DNA of 64,000 bases from Hyphomicrobiales bacterium (GCA_017305715.1 JAFKKG010000030.1:3728-67727); one strand, 5' to 3'; counted from the stretch's first letter, positions 19,267-28,838 are shown. Program-made: numbers and translations. The notes: a model not told the origin generated them from the sequence alone.

Positions 19267-20697
19267 ATGAGCAGGTCGCTCCAGACACTGGAATTGGCGC
19301 TGACGCGCGAAATGGAAATGTTCGCCTATCCGCCGAGGATCTGGCCGCGCGCAACGCAGAGCGCAGACGGCACGCAGGTCTACGACGTCGTCATCATCGG
19401 TGCCGGCCAAGCCGGCATCTCCCTGGCGTTCGGGCTGTTGCGGGAGCGGATCACCAACATCCTGCTGATCGATCGCAGCGGCGCCGGCGAAGAAGGTCCC
19501 TGGGTCACCTGGGCGCGCATGCTGACGCTGCGGACGATCAAGGAACTGACGGGGCCGGACAATGGGCTGCCGTCTGCATCGTTCCGCTCGTGGTACGAGG
19601 CGCAGCATGGCGAGCAGGCGTGGCGAGACCTTGTCCGCATTCCCAAGGCGGAATGGATGGATTATCTGGTATGGCTGCGCCGGTTCCTGCAGCTCCCGGT
19701 CGAGAACGATGCGGCCGTGAGCGCGGTGACGACGGAAGGAGACAGGCTGCGCGTTACGCTACGCGGATCCACCGGCGATCGCACCGTCCAGGCGCGCAAG
19801 GTGGTGGTCGCGACCGGCATAGACGGTTCCGGAGGTCCGCAGGTGCCGGCTTTCGCGCAAGGTCTGCCCAAGACGCTGTGTGCCCACAGTTCCGAGCCAA
19901 TTGATTTCAGCGCCTTGGCCGGCAAGCGCGTCGCCGTGCTTGGCGCGGGAGCTTCGGCCTTCGACAATGCTGCCACGGCACTCGAGGCCGGTGCCCGCGA
20001 GGTGACGCAGTATATGCGTCGTCCGGCGCTCCCCGAAGTCAATGCGCTGAGATTTCTCGAATTCAGCGGATTCTTCCGAAATTTTCGCGCGCTGGACGAT
20101 GTCCGCAAGCTCCGCTTCATGCGCCGCTACCTGTCGCTTCCTACTCCCCCGCCGGCCGACACGCTGCAGCGCTGCCGCAAGCATTCCAACTTCTCGCTGA
20201 AACCCGGCCAGGGCTGGACCGGAATGCGGGCCACCCGGACTGCACTCGAGATCGCCACGCCGGCCGGCGCTGTCGAGGCGGACTTCGCGATACTGGGTAC
20301 CGGATTCAAGATTGATCTCGCCAGCGCGCCGTTTCTGAGGGCGCTGGTGCCCGACATTCTGTTCTGGAACGAGCGCGTCACGCTGACCGGGGAGCGCGTG
20401 GACAGCCTGATCGGAAACTACCCCTATCTGGGATCGGCGATGCAGGCGGTCGGGCGAACGCCTCAGGCCGACCGCGCGTTGCGCAACCTGCATTTCTTCA
20501 ACAGTTCGGGCCTGGTGAGTATCGGCCCGATCTGCAGCGGCATCAACGGCATGCCCTGGGGGGTCGCCGCACTGGTCGCGGGGATTTCCCGCGACCTGTT
20601 CTGCGCGGACGCCGACGCCTTCTATGAGGACTTCGCGGGCTACGACGAGTCGGACGCGAACGAGGCCTACAGGACCGCTACCGCTGCGGCAAACTGA
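19267..20697 (+). CDS. FAD/NAD(P)H-dependent flavoprotein monooxygenase, HpyO (urate hydroxylase)-like family
   Basis: DVVIIGAGQAG, EGPWVTWARMLTLRT.KELTGP, VAVLGAGASAFD, ILGTGF; the N-terminal LE..L..E...YP...WP pattern recalls HpyO homologues. Confidence 0.75.
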   Translation: MSRSLQTLELALTREMEMFAYPPRIWPRATQSADGTQVYDVVIIGAGQAGISLAFGLLRERITNILLIDRSGAGEEGPWVTWARMLTLRTIKELTGPDNGLPSASFRSWYEAQHGEQAWRDLVRIPKAEWMDYLVWLRRFLQLPVENDAAVSAVTTEGDRLRVTLRGSTGDRTVQARKVVVATGIDGSGGPQVPAFAQGLPKTLCAHSSEPIDFSALAGKRVAVLGAGASAFDNAATALEAGAREVTQYMRRPALPEVNALRFLEFSGFFRNFRALDDVRKLRFMRRYLSLPTPPPADTLQRCRKHSNFSLKPGQGWTGMRATRTALEIATPAGAVEADFAILGTGFKIDLASAPFLRALVPDILFWNERVTLTGERVDSLIGNYPYLGSAMQAVGRTPQADRALRNLHFFNSSGLVSIGPICSGINGMPWGVAALVAGISRDLFCADADAFYEDFAGYDESDANEAYRTATAAAN

Positions 20698-20711
20698 AAC
20701 GTCTTGTTGCG

Positions 20712-21230
20712 TCACACCGCGGCGATCGCGTGCCGTGAGGTTTGGGCGGCGCCACGCCCGTTTTGCGCCGATGCGTAGACCAGCGGCAGTTCCGTCGTCG
20801 ACTTGATCTGTTCCATCGCGAACATCGACGACACGTCGTAGAGATCAATTTTCGCGATCAGTCGCTGGTAGAGTTCATCATAGGCGCGGATGTCCGGTAC
20901 CACGGCGCGGATCAGATAATCGACGTCACCACTCAACCGGAAAAAATCCACGACCTCCGGAAAGCCGGTCACGATCTTCCTGAATCGATCGACCCATTCG
21001 GCATTATGCTGGTTGGTCTTCACGGCGATGAACACGCTGACGCCGACATTCAGCTTCTCGGCGTTGAGCAGCGCTACGCGCCCGCGGATATAGCCCAGAC
21101 TCTCCAGCTTCTGGATTCGCCGCCAGCACGGTGTCGAACTCAAGCCGACCCGATCAGCGACTTCCTGGACCGAAAGGCTGCTGTCCACTTGAAGCGTCGC
21201 CAGGATCTTGCGGTCAAACTCGTCGAGCAC
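20712..21230 (-). CDS. Lrp/AsnC family regulator, DecR(YbaO)-like
   Basis: DEFDRKILATLQ, VGLSSTPCWRRIQKLE, RLSGDVDYLIR, SSMFAMEQIKSTTELP; divergent from a cysteine desulfhydrase. Confidence 0.85.
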   Translation of the reverse strand: MLDEFDRKILATLQVDSSLSVQEVADRVGLSSTPCWRRIQKLESLGYIRGRVALLNAEKLNVGVSVFIAVKTNQHNAEWVDRFRKIVTGFPEVVDFFRLSGDVDYLIRAVVPDIRAYDELYQRLIAKIDLYDVSSMFAMEQIKSTTELPLVYASAQNGRGAAQTSRHAIAAV

Positions 21231-21436
21231 GTTGGTCTCCAGTTCAGGTGAAAATGAGATGACTCTCTTTGCCTCTAACGATGTTCATGCAAGTTTATTG
21301 CCAGATTTCAGCTATCGCGAGCATGAATATCTGTCACCGCGCTCAAACTTGCGGCAACAAGCAAGCAAACTGCGGACACTTTCCGTTAGGCTTCAACGTA
21401 TCGGCCGGAGCGATGCGGGCCGCGAAAGGTGATTTG

Positions 21437-22579
21437 ATGACGCGCCCTTGCCGCGAGTGGGTGAACGCCTCGATCCGCCGGATCGAAATGGAGCGCATGC
21501 GCTCCGCCGAAACCCATTTGCTCAGGATCGATCTGCCGGCTCTGCCGGGGCTCACGCTTTATCTGAAAGACGAAACGACCCATTTGACCGGCAGCCTCAA
21601 GCACCGTCTCGCGCGCTCGCTGTTTCTCTACGCGCTGTGCAATGACCGGATCGGGCCGAACTCGACGCTTGTCGAGGCCTCGAGTGGTTCGACCGCCGTC
21701 TCCGAAGCCTATTTCGCGCGGCTGCTGGGGCTACGCTTCGTCGCGGTGATGCCGCGAACCACGACGACGGAGAAGCAGGCGGAGATCGTGGCGAACGGCG
21801 GCGAGATCCATCTCGTCGACGATCCCGGAGCGATCTACGCAACGGCGCGACGCCTCGCGGATGAAACCGGCGGCTGCTATCTGGATCAATTTACCTTCGC
21901 AGAACGCGCGGTCGACTGGCGCTGCGACAATATCGCCGATTCGATTTTCTCACAGATGGCGGCTGAAGAGCATCGGGTCCCGACGTGGCTGGTGTGTGGA
22001 GCAGGCACCGGCGGAACCTCGGCGACGATCGGCCGGTATGTCCGCCATCGTGGACTGCCGACGAGGCTTTGCCTGGCCGATCCCCTTGAGTCCGTCTACC
22101 ACCGGCATATGGCCGATCCCCGAATCCGGATATGGCCGAACGGCCGCTCGGTCATCGAGGGCATCGGCCGTCCGCAGGTCGAGGCCTCCTTTGTTCCCGA
22201 ACTGATTGACCGGACAATTGCGGTGCCGGATGCGGCGAGCATCGCCGCGGCCCGCGTCCTGTCACAGTTTCTCGGGCGGCGCTGCGGCGGTTCGACGGGC
22301 ACCAACCTGTGGGCGTCCCTTGCGATCCTGAAGGAGATGGCGGCAGCGGGCGAGAAGGGATCGCTGGTGACGATATTGTGCGATTCCGGCGATCGCTATC
22401 GCAGCACGCTGTTCGACGACGGGTGGCTGGCGGAGCAGGGACTGTCGTGTGCCGGCTACATGGCGCAGCTGGAGCAACTGCTGGCGCCGACTCCGGCAAC
22501 GGCAAGAACCGGCAGGAACGATGCGGCGTACGGCCGTCCCGTCAGTGAACTGGCGGCCACGCTCGCTCAGGGCCGATAG
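21437..22579 (+). CDS. PLP-dependent cysteine synthase-family protein, Cds1-type L-cysteine desulfhydrase
   Basis: [70 protein letters not shown]. Confidence 0.85.
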   Translation: MTRPCREWVNASIRRIEMERMRSAETHLLRIDLPALPGLTLYLKDETTHLTGSLKHRLARSLFLYALCNDRIGPNSTLVEASSGSTAVSEAYFARLLGLRFVAVMPRTTTTEKQAEIVANGGEIHLVDDPGAIYATARRLADETGGCYLDQFTFAERAVDWRCDNIADSIFSQMAAEEHRVPTWLVCGAGTGGTSATIGRYVRHRGLPTRLCLADPLESVYHRHMADPRIRIWPNGRSVIEGIGRPQVEASFVPELIDRTIAVPDAASIAAARVLSQFLGRRCGGSTGTNLWASLAILKEMAAAGEKGSLVTILCDSGDRYRSTLFDDGWLAEQGLSCAGYMAQLEQLLAPTPATARTGRNDAAYGRPVSELAATLAQGR

Positions 22580-22624
22580 GCACGAACGCCGGCGTGACGC
22601 TTGTTACATGGAGGTGCAACCTGA

Positions 22625-22990
22625 ATGTCAGAGCTTCTCTTTTCACCCGATCATGCATGGGTGCTTCGTGACGGCGATCATGCGACGGTCGGAATCAGCG
22701 ATCACGCTCAGGATTCGCTCGGGCCTCTCGTCCATGTCGACCTGCCGTCGATCGACACGATCCTCGTCAGCGGAGCCTCTTGCGGCTTGGTGGAAAGCAT
22801 GAAGACGGCCTCCGATGTGATCGCGCCGCTCGCCGGCAGGGTGGTGGAGATCAACAAAGCGGTTCTGGACGATCCATCCCTCATCAATCGTGCGGCGGAG
22901 ACCGATGGCTGGCTTTTCCGGCTTGCCGTTACCGACGGCATAGCTGCAAGCCGGTTGATGGCGCGGGCGGCCTATATCGCGGGTCTCTAG
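22625..22990 (+). CDS. gcvH: Glycine cleavage H-like lipoyl carrier protein (orphan)
   Basis: DHAWV, ATVGISDHAQDSLG, VESMKTASDVIAP (lipoyl Lys), GWLF; GGAGG RBS. Confidence 0.85.
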   Translation: MSELLFSPDHAWVLRDGDHATVGISDHAQDSLGPLVHVDLPSIDTILVSGASCGLVESMKTASDVIAPLAGRVVEINKAVLDDPSLINRAAETDGWLFRLAVTDGIAASRLMARAAYIAGL

Positions 22991-23041
22991 AAGGTTCGAG
23001 CAGACGGCTTCTTCTTCAAGACGAGACGGATTGAGAATCTC

Positions 23042-24754
23042 ATGCTGGACAGCCCGGAAACATCAGTCGTGACGCCCTCGGCACGTCGTGCTCAAATTGA
23101 GCCGTGCTTGCCGGAAAGCGGTGCCATGCTGCTGCAACTCGACGATCTGACCTTGCAGCTGCCGCCGGGGGCTGACCGCACTTTCGCGACCGAAGGCGTA
23201 TCGCTCTCGGTCAAGCCCGGCGAGATCGTTTGCATCGTGGGTGAAAGCGGTTCGGGCAAATCGATGACGGCCAGCGCCGTCATGCGGCTGTTGCCCCCCG
23301 GTGCGGCCATCGCGCGCGGCAGCATCCGGCTCGACGGGCGCGACCTTGCGGTGCTGCCGGAAGCTCAGATACGAAAAATCCGGGGTGCGGAGATCGGTAT
23401 GATCTTCCAGGACCCGATGAGCGCGCTCAACCCGATCCGGCGGGTCGGCGATCAGATCGCGGAGGTATTTCGGCTTCACACCGATCTTGGCAAGGCGGAA
23501 ATCCGTACACGGATCCTGGCGCTGCTCCATGATGTCCACATCCGCGATCCCGAGCGTACGCTGCGCTCCTATCCGCACCAGCTCTCCGGTGGTCAGCGCC
23601 AGCGCGCGATGATCGCCATGGCGCTGGCGCTGGAGCCACGCGTTCTCATTGCCGACGAGCCGACCACCGCGCTCGACGTGACGACGCAGGCCCAGATCCT
23701 CAAATTGATCCGCGAGCTTCAACGCAAGATCGGCACCGGGGTGTTGTTCATCACGCATGATTTCGGTGTGGTGGCCGATATCGCCGACCGGATCATTGTC
23801 ATGCAGTCGGGCCGTGTCGTCGAACAAGGACCCGCCGAGCAGATCCTCAACGCGCCGCAGCACCCCTATACCCAGAAGCTGATCGCCGCCGTTCCCAAGC
23901 TTACGGCGCCGGACCCGGCAGATGTGTCATCCGATCATGTCCTCGTCCTCGACCGGCTGTCGAAGACCTACGGGTCGTACGGCCTGTTCGGCTTCGGTCG
24001 CAAGCTGACCCATGCCGTCAAGGCGGTAAGCCTGGAACTTCCGCGCGGCGCATCGCTCGGCATCGTGGGCGAAAGCGGATCGGGCAAATCGACACTTGCC
24101 CGATGCATCGTGCGCCTGCTCGATCCCGATGAAGGCAGCATATGGCTCGACGGTATCGACTACACTTCGCTCGGGCCACGTGAGCTGAGGAAACGTTCGC
24201 AGGCCATGCAGATGGTGTTTCAGGACCCGTTTGCGTCGTTGAACCCGCGCCGAAAAGCGGGCGAACTGGTGGCGCAAGGGCTGCGGGAATTGGGTGTCAA
24301 GAAAGCGGCAGCTCGCGAGCGCGCCGTCGAATTGTTCACGCTCGTGGGTCTCGATCCCGCTTCTCTCGATCGCTATCCTCACGAATTCTCGGGCGGGCAG
24401 CGACAGCGCATCGGGCTGGCGCGGGCGCTTGCGCTGCAGCCGAAGGTGCTGATCGCGGATGAACCGGTCTCGGCGCTCGATGTGCTGGTCCAGGCACAAG
24501 TGCTCGAGCTGTTGGCCGATCTGCGACGTCGTCTTGGCATTTCACTGGTGTTCATCACGCACGATCTGCGGGTCACATCCCAGATATGCGATCGAGTGGC
24601 GGTGATGCAGAACGGCGAGATCGTCGAGCATGGCCCGACTGCGGCTGTCTTCACGTCGCCACAGCATCCCTACACGCGGCTGCTGCTGGATTCGATCCCC
24701 GGGCGCCGATGGTCTTCGCGCCCGGATAGCGAAAGGCAGGTCGCGAGGGGGTGA
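23042..24754 (+). CDS. ABC ATP-binding protein with two fused domains (OppD/F-like)
   Basis: Two Walker A motifs (GESGSGKS), LSGGQRQR and FSGGQRQR, two HPYT motifs. Confidence 0.92.
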   Translation: MLDSPETSVVTPSARRAQIEPCLPESGAMLLQLDDLTLQLPPGADRTFATEGVSLSVKPGEIVCIVGESGSGKSMTASAVMRLLPPGAAIARGSIRLDGRDLAVLPEAQIRKIRGAEIGMIFQDPMSALNPIRRVGDQIAEVFRLHTDLGKAEIRTRILALLHDVHIRDPERTLRSYPHQLSGGQRQRAMIAMALALEPRVLIADEPTTALDVTTQAQILKLIRELQRKIGTGVLFITHDFGVVADIADRIIVMQSGRVVEQGPAEQILNAPQHPYTQKLIAAVPKLTAPDPADVSSDHVLVLDRLSKTYGSYGLFGFGRKLTHAVKAVSLELPRGASLGIVGESGSGKSTLARCIVRLLDPDEGSIWLDGIDYTSLGPRELRKRSQAMQMVFQDPFASLNPRRKAGELVAQGLRELGVKKAAARERAVELFTLVGLDPASLDRYPHEFSGGQRQRIGLARALALQPKVLIADEPVSALDVLVQAQVLELLADLRRRLGISLVFITHDLRVTSQICDRVAVMQNGEIVEHGPTAAVFTSPQHPYTRLLLDSIPGRRWSSRPDSERQVARG

Positions 24755-24763
24755 ACCGGCGCG

Positions 24764-24777
24764 TTGACCCTGGTCAA
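24764..24777. promoter_or_regulatory. Putative FNR/FixK2-type box
   Basis: Perfect palindrome TTGAC-CCTG-GTCAA fitting TTG(A/C)-N6-(T/G)CAA, centred about 59 bp before ATG 24830. Confidence 0.45.
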
Positions 24778-24829
24778 TCGCTTCGGTCGCACATGCTGGT
24801 CCAGGGACGTAAACGGAGGGTGAGAGCAC

Positions 24830-25246
24830 ATGAGTTCAACTCATTTCGATCAGGGCATGGCGCTCAAGCGCAAGGTTCTCGGCGATGATTATGTCGACCG
24901 CGCCTGGGCCGAAGCCCAGAACGACGACTTCGCCAAGGCCATGCAGCAAGTCATGACGGAAGCCGGCTGGGGAACGGTCTGGATTCGCCCGGGGATCGAG
25001 GTCAAGACCCGGCTGATGCTGAATCTGGCGATGCTGACGGCACTCAACAGGCCGCACGAACTGGCGATCCATCTGCGCGGCGCGATCCGCAATGGTGTGA
25101 CCCGCGACCAGGTCCGGGAGATCCTGATCCATACCGGTCCCTATTGTGGTTGGCCCGCCACGCTCGACGCCGTGCGCGTCGCAAGGCGTGTGTTCGCGGA
25201 GATCGAAGCCGGTGAGGCGGGAGAGACGCCGGTGGGGTCCGGATAG
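24830..25246 (+). CDS. Carboxymuconolactone decarboxylase (CMD) family protein
   Basis: GMALKRKVLGDDYVDRA, WGTVWIRPG, ELAIHLRGAIRNG, HTGPYCGWPA. Confidence 0.88.
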   Translation: MSSTHFDQGMALKRKVLGDDYVDRAWAEAQNDDFAKAMQQVMTEAGWGTVWIRPGIEVKTRLMLNLAMLTALNRPHELAIHLRGAIRNGVTRDQVREILIHTGPYCGWPATLDAVRVARRVFAEIEAGEAGETPVGSG

Positions 25247-25397
25247 ACCATTGAGGCACTCCGCCTGCTCGGGCCCGATGGCCTCATGATCCACGCTCAG
25301 GCTTGATTGATTGCCTCGGTTGGTATGTGTCGTACGATGAACAAGAGGCGGCTGGGCCTCGACCTCATATGCTCCTATTCCAGTCCCGAAGGTCCTC

Positions 25398-26423
25398 ATG
25401 AAGCGTTTCGCAAACTTGAAGAGACTAGGCTTTTTCACCCGGCTTCTCGATGACGCGACGCCGGCGGAACGATATCGGCTGGCGGCGGAGCAGATCAGGC
25501 ATGCGGAGAAAGCCGGTCTTGATTCCGCTTGGATCGCGCAGCACCATTTTCACGAAGGCGAGGGCGGCCTGCCGGCTCCTTTCGCTTTCCTCGGTTTCGT
25601 CGCGGCGCAGACCTCCCGCATTCGCCTCGGGACCGGAATCGTCACGCTTCCGCTGGAACATCCGGTGCGAGTGGCGGAGGACGCCGCGGTGCTCGACCTG
25701 TTGTCGAACGGTCGTTTTGAACTCGGCGTCGGGACCGGCGGAAACCCGTCGGCCTTTGCGGCCTTTGGCCTCGATAGCGCGCTGCGTGCGGAAATTTTCG
25801 CGAAGAATCTCGATGTTGTCCGCAACGCCCTGGCGGGCGGACCGCTGGTCGGCGGCGACACGCTCTATCCACCGAGGCCGCAATTGTGCGACCGGATCTG
25901 GCAAGCGACCTTTTCGGTGAGCGGCGGGACGCGGGCGGGCGAGGCGGGCGACGGCCTGCTGTTGTCGCGGACGCAGCCCCGTTCCAGGGAAGCGCCGCGC
26001 GCATCGCTGGCCGAGATCCAGCATCCCATTATCCACGCTTATCTCAAGGCCCTGCCGCCGGGGCGTGAGCCCCGGATCATGGCATCGCGCAACGTCTTCG
26101 TCGCCGACGATCGCGCGGAAGCGTTGCGCCTGGCCGACATCGGACTGCGGCGTGTGCGCGATCACCTGGTCGCGACCGGTCACATCCTGTTGGGAGACAC
26201 GCTGCCCGACATGATCAGGTCGTTTGATATTCATGTCGGGACGCCTGACGATGTCATCGCCTCGCTCCGTGGGGACAGCACGCTGGAGCGGGTGACCGAT
26301 CTGGTCTTTCAGGCCCATTCGATCGATCCCCCGCATCGCTTTATCCTGCGATCGATCGAACTGGTTGCCGAGAAAGTTGCCCCGGCGCTGGGTTGGGTGG
26401 CGGACGCGGCGCGGGTGGATTGA
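25398..26423 (+). CDS. Putative FMN-dependent luciferase-like monooxygenase (KPN_01858-type)
   Basis: RLGFFTRLLD, SAWIAQHHFH, IRLGTGIVTLPLEHPVRVAED, QATFS, GLLLSRTQPR. Confidence 0.85.
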   Translation: MKRFANLKRLGFFTRLLDDATPAERYRLAAEQIRHAEKAGLDSAWIAQHHFHEGEGGLPAPFAFLGFVAAQTSRIRLGTGIVTLPLEHPVRVAEDAAVLDLLSNGRFELGVGTGGNPSAFAAFGLDSALRAEIFAKNLDVVRNALAGGPLVGGDTLYPPRPQLCDRIWQATFSVSGGTRAGEAGDGLLLSRTQPRSREAPRASLAEIQHPIIHAYLKALPPGREPRIMASRNVFVADDRAEALRLADIGLRRVRDHLVATGHILLGDTLPDMIRSFDIHVGTPDDVIASLRGDSTLERVTDLVFQAHSIDPPHRFILRSIELVAEKVAPALGWVADAARVD

Positions 26424-26458
26424 TAGAACATGAAAATCGTCGAACTGAAAGAAACCGA

Positions 26459-27097
26459 ATGATGAGTGCCGAGACAACAGATATCATCGATCTTCTTGCC
26501 GGCATCGAACCCGGCTCCAGCTTGAACGGCATCCGCGCCCGGCGCTTGCAAGCGCGGGAGAACGCCCAGAAGAGCTATATCGCCTTATTTGAACCAGCCG
26601 ATTTCGGAGACGTCACGGCCACGGAACGATATGCCGTCGCGGCTTTCGTCGCCGGCGTCCATCAGGAGCCGGCCACCGCCGCCTTCTATCTGGCCAGGCT
26701 TGCCGAGGCCGCAAACGGATCAGGGCTGGTCGAAGCGCTCAAGGTCGAAATCGGACGGGCCAGAACGGAAGGCCCGTATGGCGCCTTTCCGGCCGGGCCG
26801 CTCTCGGTCGAGGACAAGGCCGGCTTGATCTATCGCATGGCCGGAGACGGCCGAGAGGTCCTTGGCGCAAGACTTGCCGCCGCGCTCGAACATGCGCATC
26901 TGCTGGTCTTCCGTCCACGCGATGCGGCTCCCGCGGCCATGCAGGCGCTACTCGATGCCGGCTGGTCGACCACCGCGATCGTGACATTGTCTCAACTGGT
27001 CTCGTTCCTCTCGTTTCAGATTCGGGTTGTCGCCGGCCTGCGGACGCTTGGCGCGTCTCTCCCGTCTCAGGCCAATGCCGCAGTCAAAGCCAGCTAA
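26459..27097 (+). CDS. CMD-domain protein (Avi_7170-type)
   Basis: DIIDLLAGIEPGS, RLQARENAQKSY.ALF, HAHLLVFRP, IVTLSQLVSFLSFQIR. Confidence 0.75.
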   Translation: MMSAETTDIIDLLAGIEPGSSLNGIRARRLQARENAQKSYIALFEPADFGDVTATERYAVAAFVAGVHQEPATAAFYLARLAEAANGSGLVEALKVEIGRARTEGPYGAFPAGPLSVEDKAGLIYRMAGDGREVLGARLAAALEHAHLLVFRPRDAAPAAMQALLDAGWSTTAIVTLSQLVSFLSFQIRVVAGLRTLGASLPSQANAAVKAS

Positions 27098-27111
27098 GGA
27101 GGCAGGGAATC

Positions 27112-27720
27112 ATGCGTGATTCAATCGTCGTTCAGACCAACGAGAATGAACCGGTCGTTTTCACCCAGGCCGAATTGGGCTGGCTGCCCTGGCTCGAGCC
27201 GTTTCCCGAAGCGGGGTTGACCGAGCGGCACTGGGCCGGCCTGGTCGATCGCTCGCGCGCGAAGTCGGACTACTTTCGTCTGCTGGTGCGCGATCCCGAA
27301 ATCCTGGAAGCCAGGACCAAGACCGACAAGGACATCTTCTACAACATCGCCGACGGCTTGCCGCGGGCCGATCGCGAACTCGCGGCTGCCGCGACATCCC
27401 GCTACAATGGGTGCATCTATTGTGTGTCCGTGCACGCGCGCTTCGCCACGGTCCATTCCAAGCGCCGTGACGATGTTCAGCGTTTGCTCGACGAAGGCGT
27501 CGGTGCCGATCTCGGCGAGCGCTGGAACGCAATCGTCAGGGCCTCGGTTGCGCTGGCCTCGACGCCTGTCGGATTCGGTCAACAGCATATCGAGGAACTG
27601 CGCAGCGTCGGTCTCGATGACGCCGAAATCGTCGATGTGATCAACAGCGCGGCATTCTTCAACTGGGCCAACCGATTGATGCTTTCCCTGGGCGAGCCGA
27701 CGATGGCGGGCGAGGCGTGA
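27112..27720 (+). CDS. Alkylhydroperoxidase AhpD-domain protein (Avi_7169-type)
   Basis: FTQAELGWLPWL, RTKTDKDIFY, SRYNGCIYCVSVHAR (CxxC), AFFNWANRLMLSLGEP. Confidence 0.82.
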   Translation: MRDSIVVQTNENEPVVFTQAELGWLPWLEPFPEAGLTERHWAGLVDRSRAKSDYFRLLVRDPEILEARTKTDKDIFYNIADGLPRADRELAAAATSRYNGCIYCVSVHARFATVHSKRRDDVQRLLDEGVGADLGERWNAIVRASVALASTPVGFGQQHIEELRSVGLDDAEIVDVINSAAFFNWANRLMLSLGEPTMAGEA

Positions 27721-27907
27721 TCGCATCGGCCGCTCGCACGTTCTGCATCTTGCAAGCGGAACGCGAGGGTTGCGAATTCTGCTGCGATCTTGAACCGCAC
27801 GATGATATGGCGGGAAGGTCGCCCAGCAGCCAGCGGTGCCGGGACCGCTGCCGGATCAGAACAACGTCGACGATGTGCTGTTCTTCGGAGTGATTGGATA
27901 TCAATCG

Positions 27908-28825
27908 TCAGCCCAGGGCAACCCGTGCTTCGGTTGAACATCCCTGCCGGACAATTCGTTCGAATGCGTTTGCTGCGGGGATGTCGATCCTTCCAGGCGC
28001 CTTCAGCTGCCACAGCGTGCGTTCGATGGCCAGATCACGCATCGGCACGACCTTCAATCGCTCCAGTTTGAGCTGGTCCTCAATCGTCGCCGTTGAAACG
28101 ATGGAGACACCGAGCCCCGCGGCGACGACCTGCTTGATGGCTTCGGTACTGCCGACTTCGAGTGTCCGTCGAGGCTCTACCCCCTGCGATGCCAGGGCCT
28201 GGGCCACGACTTCCCGGGATCCCGAACCCGGCTCTCGAATGATCAGGATTTCTTCCGCCAGAGCCGCGGACTCAATGGCGTCACCGGCTAGCGCGAACGG
28301 ATGACGGGGATTGACGATAAGGTGCATTTCATCCGTCAGCCAAGGCTCGCTGACCAGATGGTCATCCTCCACCGGACCTTCGACGAGGGCGACTTCAATA
28401 TCGTGCCCCGCCATCAGATCGGCGATATCGCGTGTGTTGGCGCTGACCAAATGCAGGTCTATCCCGGGGTAGGCGCGGTGGAAGTTTCCCAGATATTCGG
28501 CGATCATATAGGTGGCGATGGTGGTGCTGGCTCCAATGCGAAGTGAGCCGCTGCTGAGATTGTGCAGAGAGGCCAGTTCATCTTCAGCTGCGCGTTCAGC
28601 CGCAAACAGGGCATCGGCGTGCCTCACCAGCAAATGTCCTTCGCGGGTTGGGCGGACGCCCTTGGGGGTCCGATCCAGCAGTCGACATCCAACCTGCAAT
28701 TCGAAGTCCCGCACGCCCTTGGAGATCGCGGGCTGGCTGATGTGGAGAAGGTCCGCAGCCCGCGAAAAACTCCCGGCTCGCACCACTGTGGCGAACAGGC
28801 GAAACAAATGAAGGTTTAGAGGCAT
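27908..28825 (-). CDS. LysR family regulator, YeiE/CysL-like
   Basis: SFSRAADLLHISQPAISK, LRIGASTTIATY, ALVEGP, IIREPGSGSRE, GSTEAIKQ; divergent from a YeiH-like gene. Confidence 0.88.
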   Translation of the reverse strand: MPLNLHLFRLFATVVRAGSFSRAADLLHISQPAISKGVRDFELQVGCRLLDRTPKGVRPTREGHLLVRHADALFAAERAAEDELASLHNLSSGSLRIGASTTIATYMIAEYLGNFHRAYPGIDLHLVSANTRDIADLMAGHDIEVALVEGPVEDDHLVSEPWLTDEMHLIVNPRHPFALAGDAIESAALAEEILIIREPGSGSREVVAQALASQGVEPRRTLEVGSTEAIKQVVAAGLGVSIVSTATIEDQLKLERLKVVPMRDLAIERTLWQLKAPGRIDIPAANAFERIVRQGCSTEARVALG

Positions 28826-28838
28826 AACTTCTCTCTAT
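28824..28838. promoter_or_regulatory. Putative LysR binding site (T-N11-A core)
   Basis: ATA-N9-TAT overlapping the LysR start codon in the short divergent spacer. Confidence 0.4.

Noticed and set aside
27721-27907. Intergenic region with GGGAAG and a CAGCGGT-N6-ACCGCTG hairpin, considered as a cobalamin riboswitch or transposase remnant
   Set aside because: It lies between convergent genes, lacks the B12-box and other conserved elements, and the small ORFs have no recognisable motifs.
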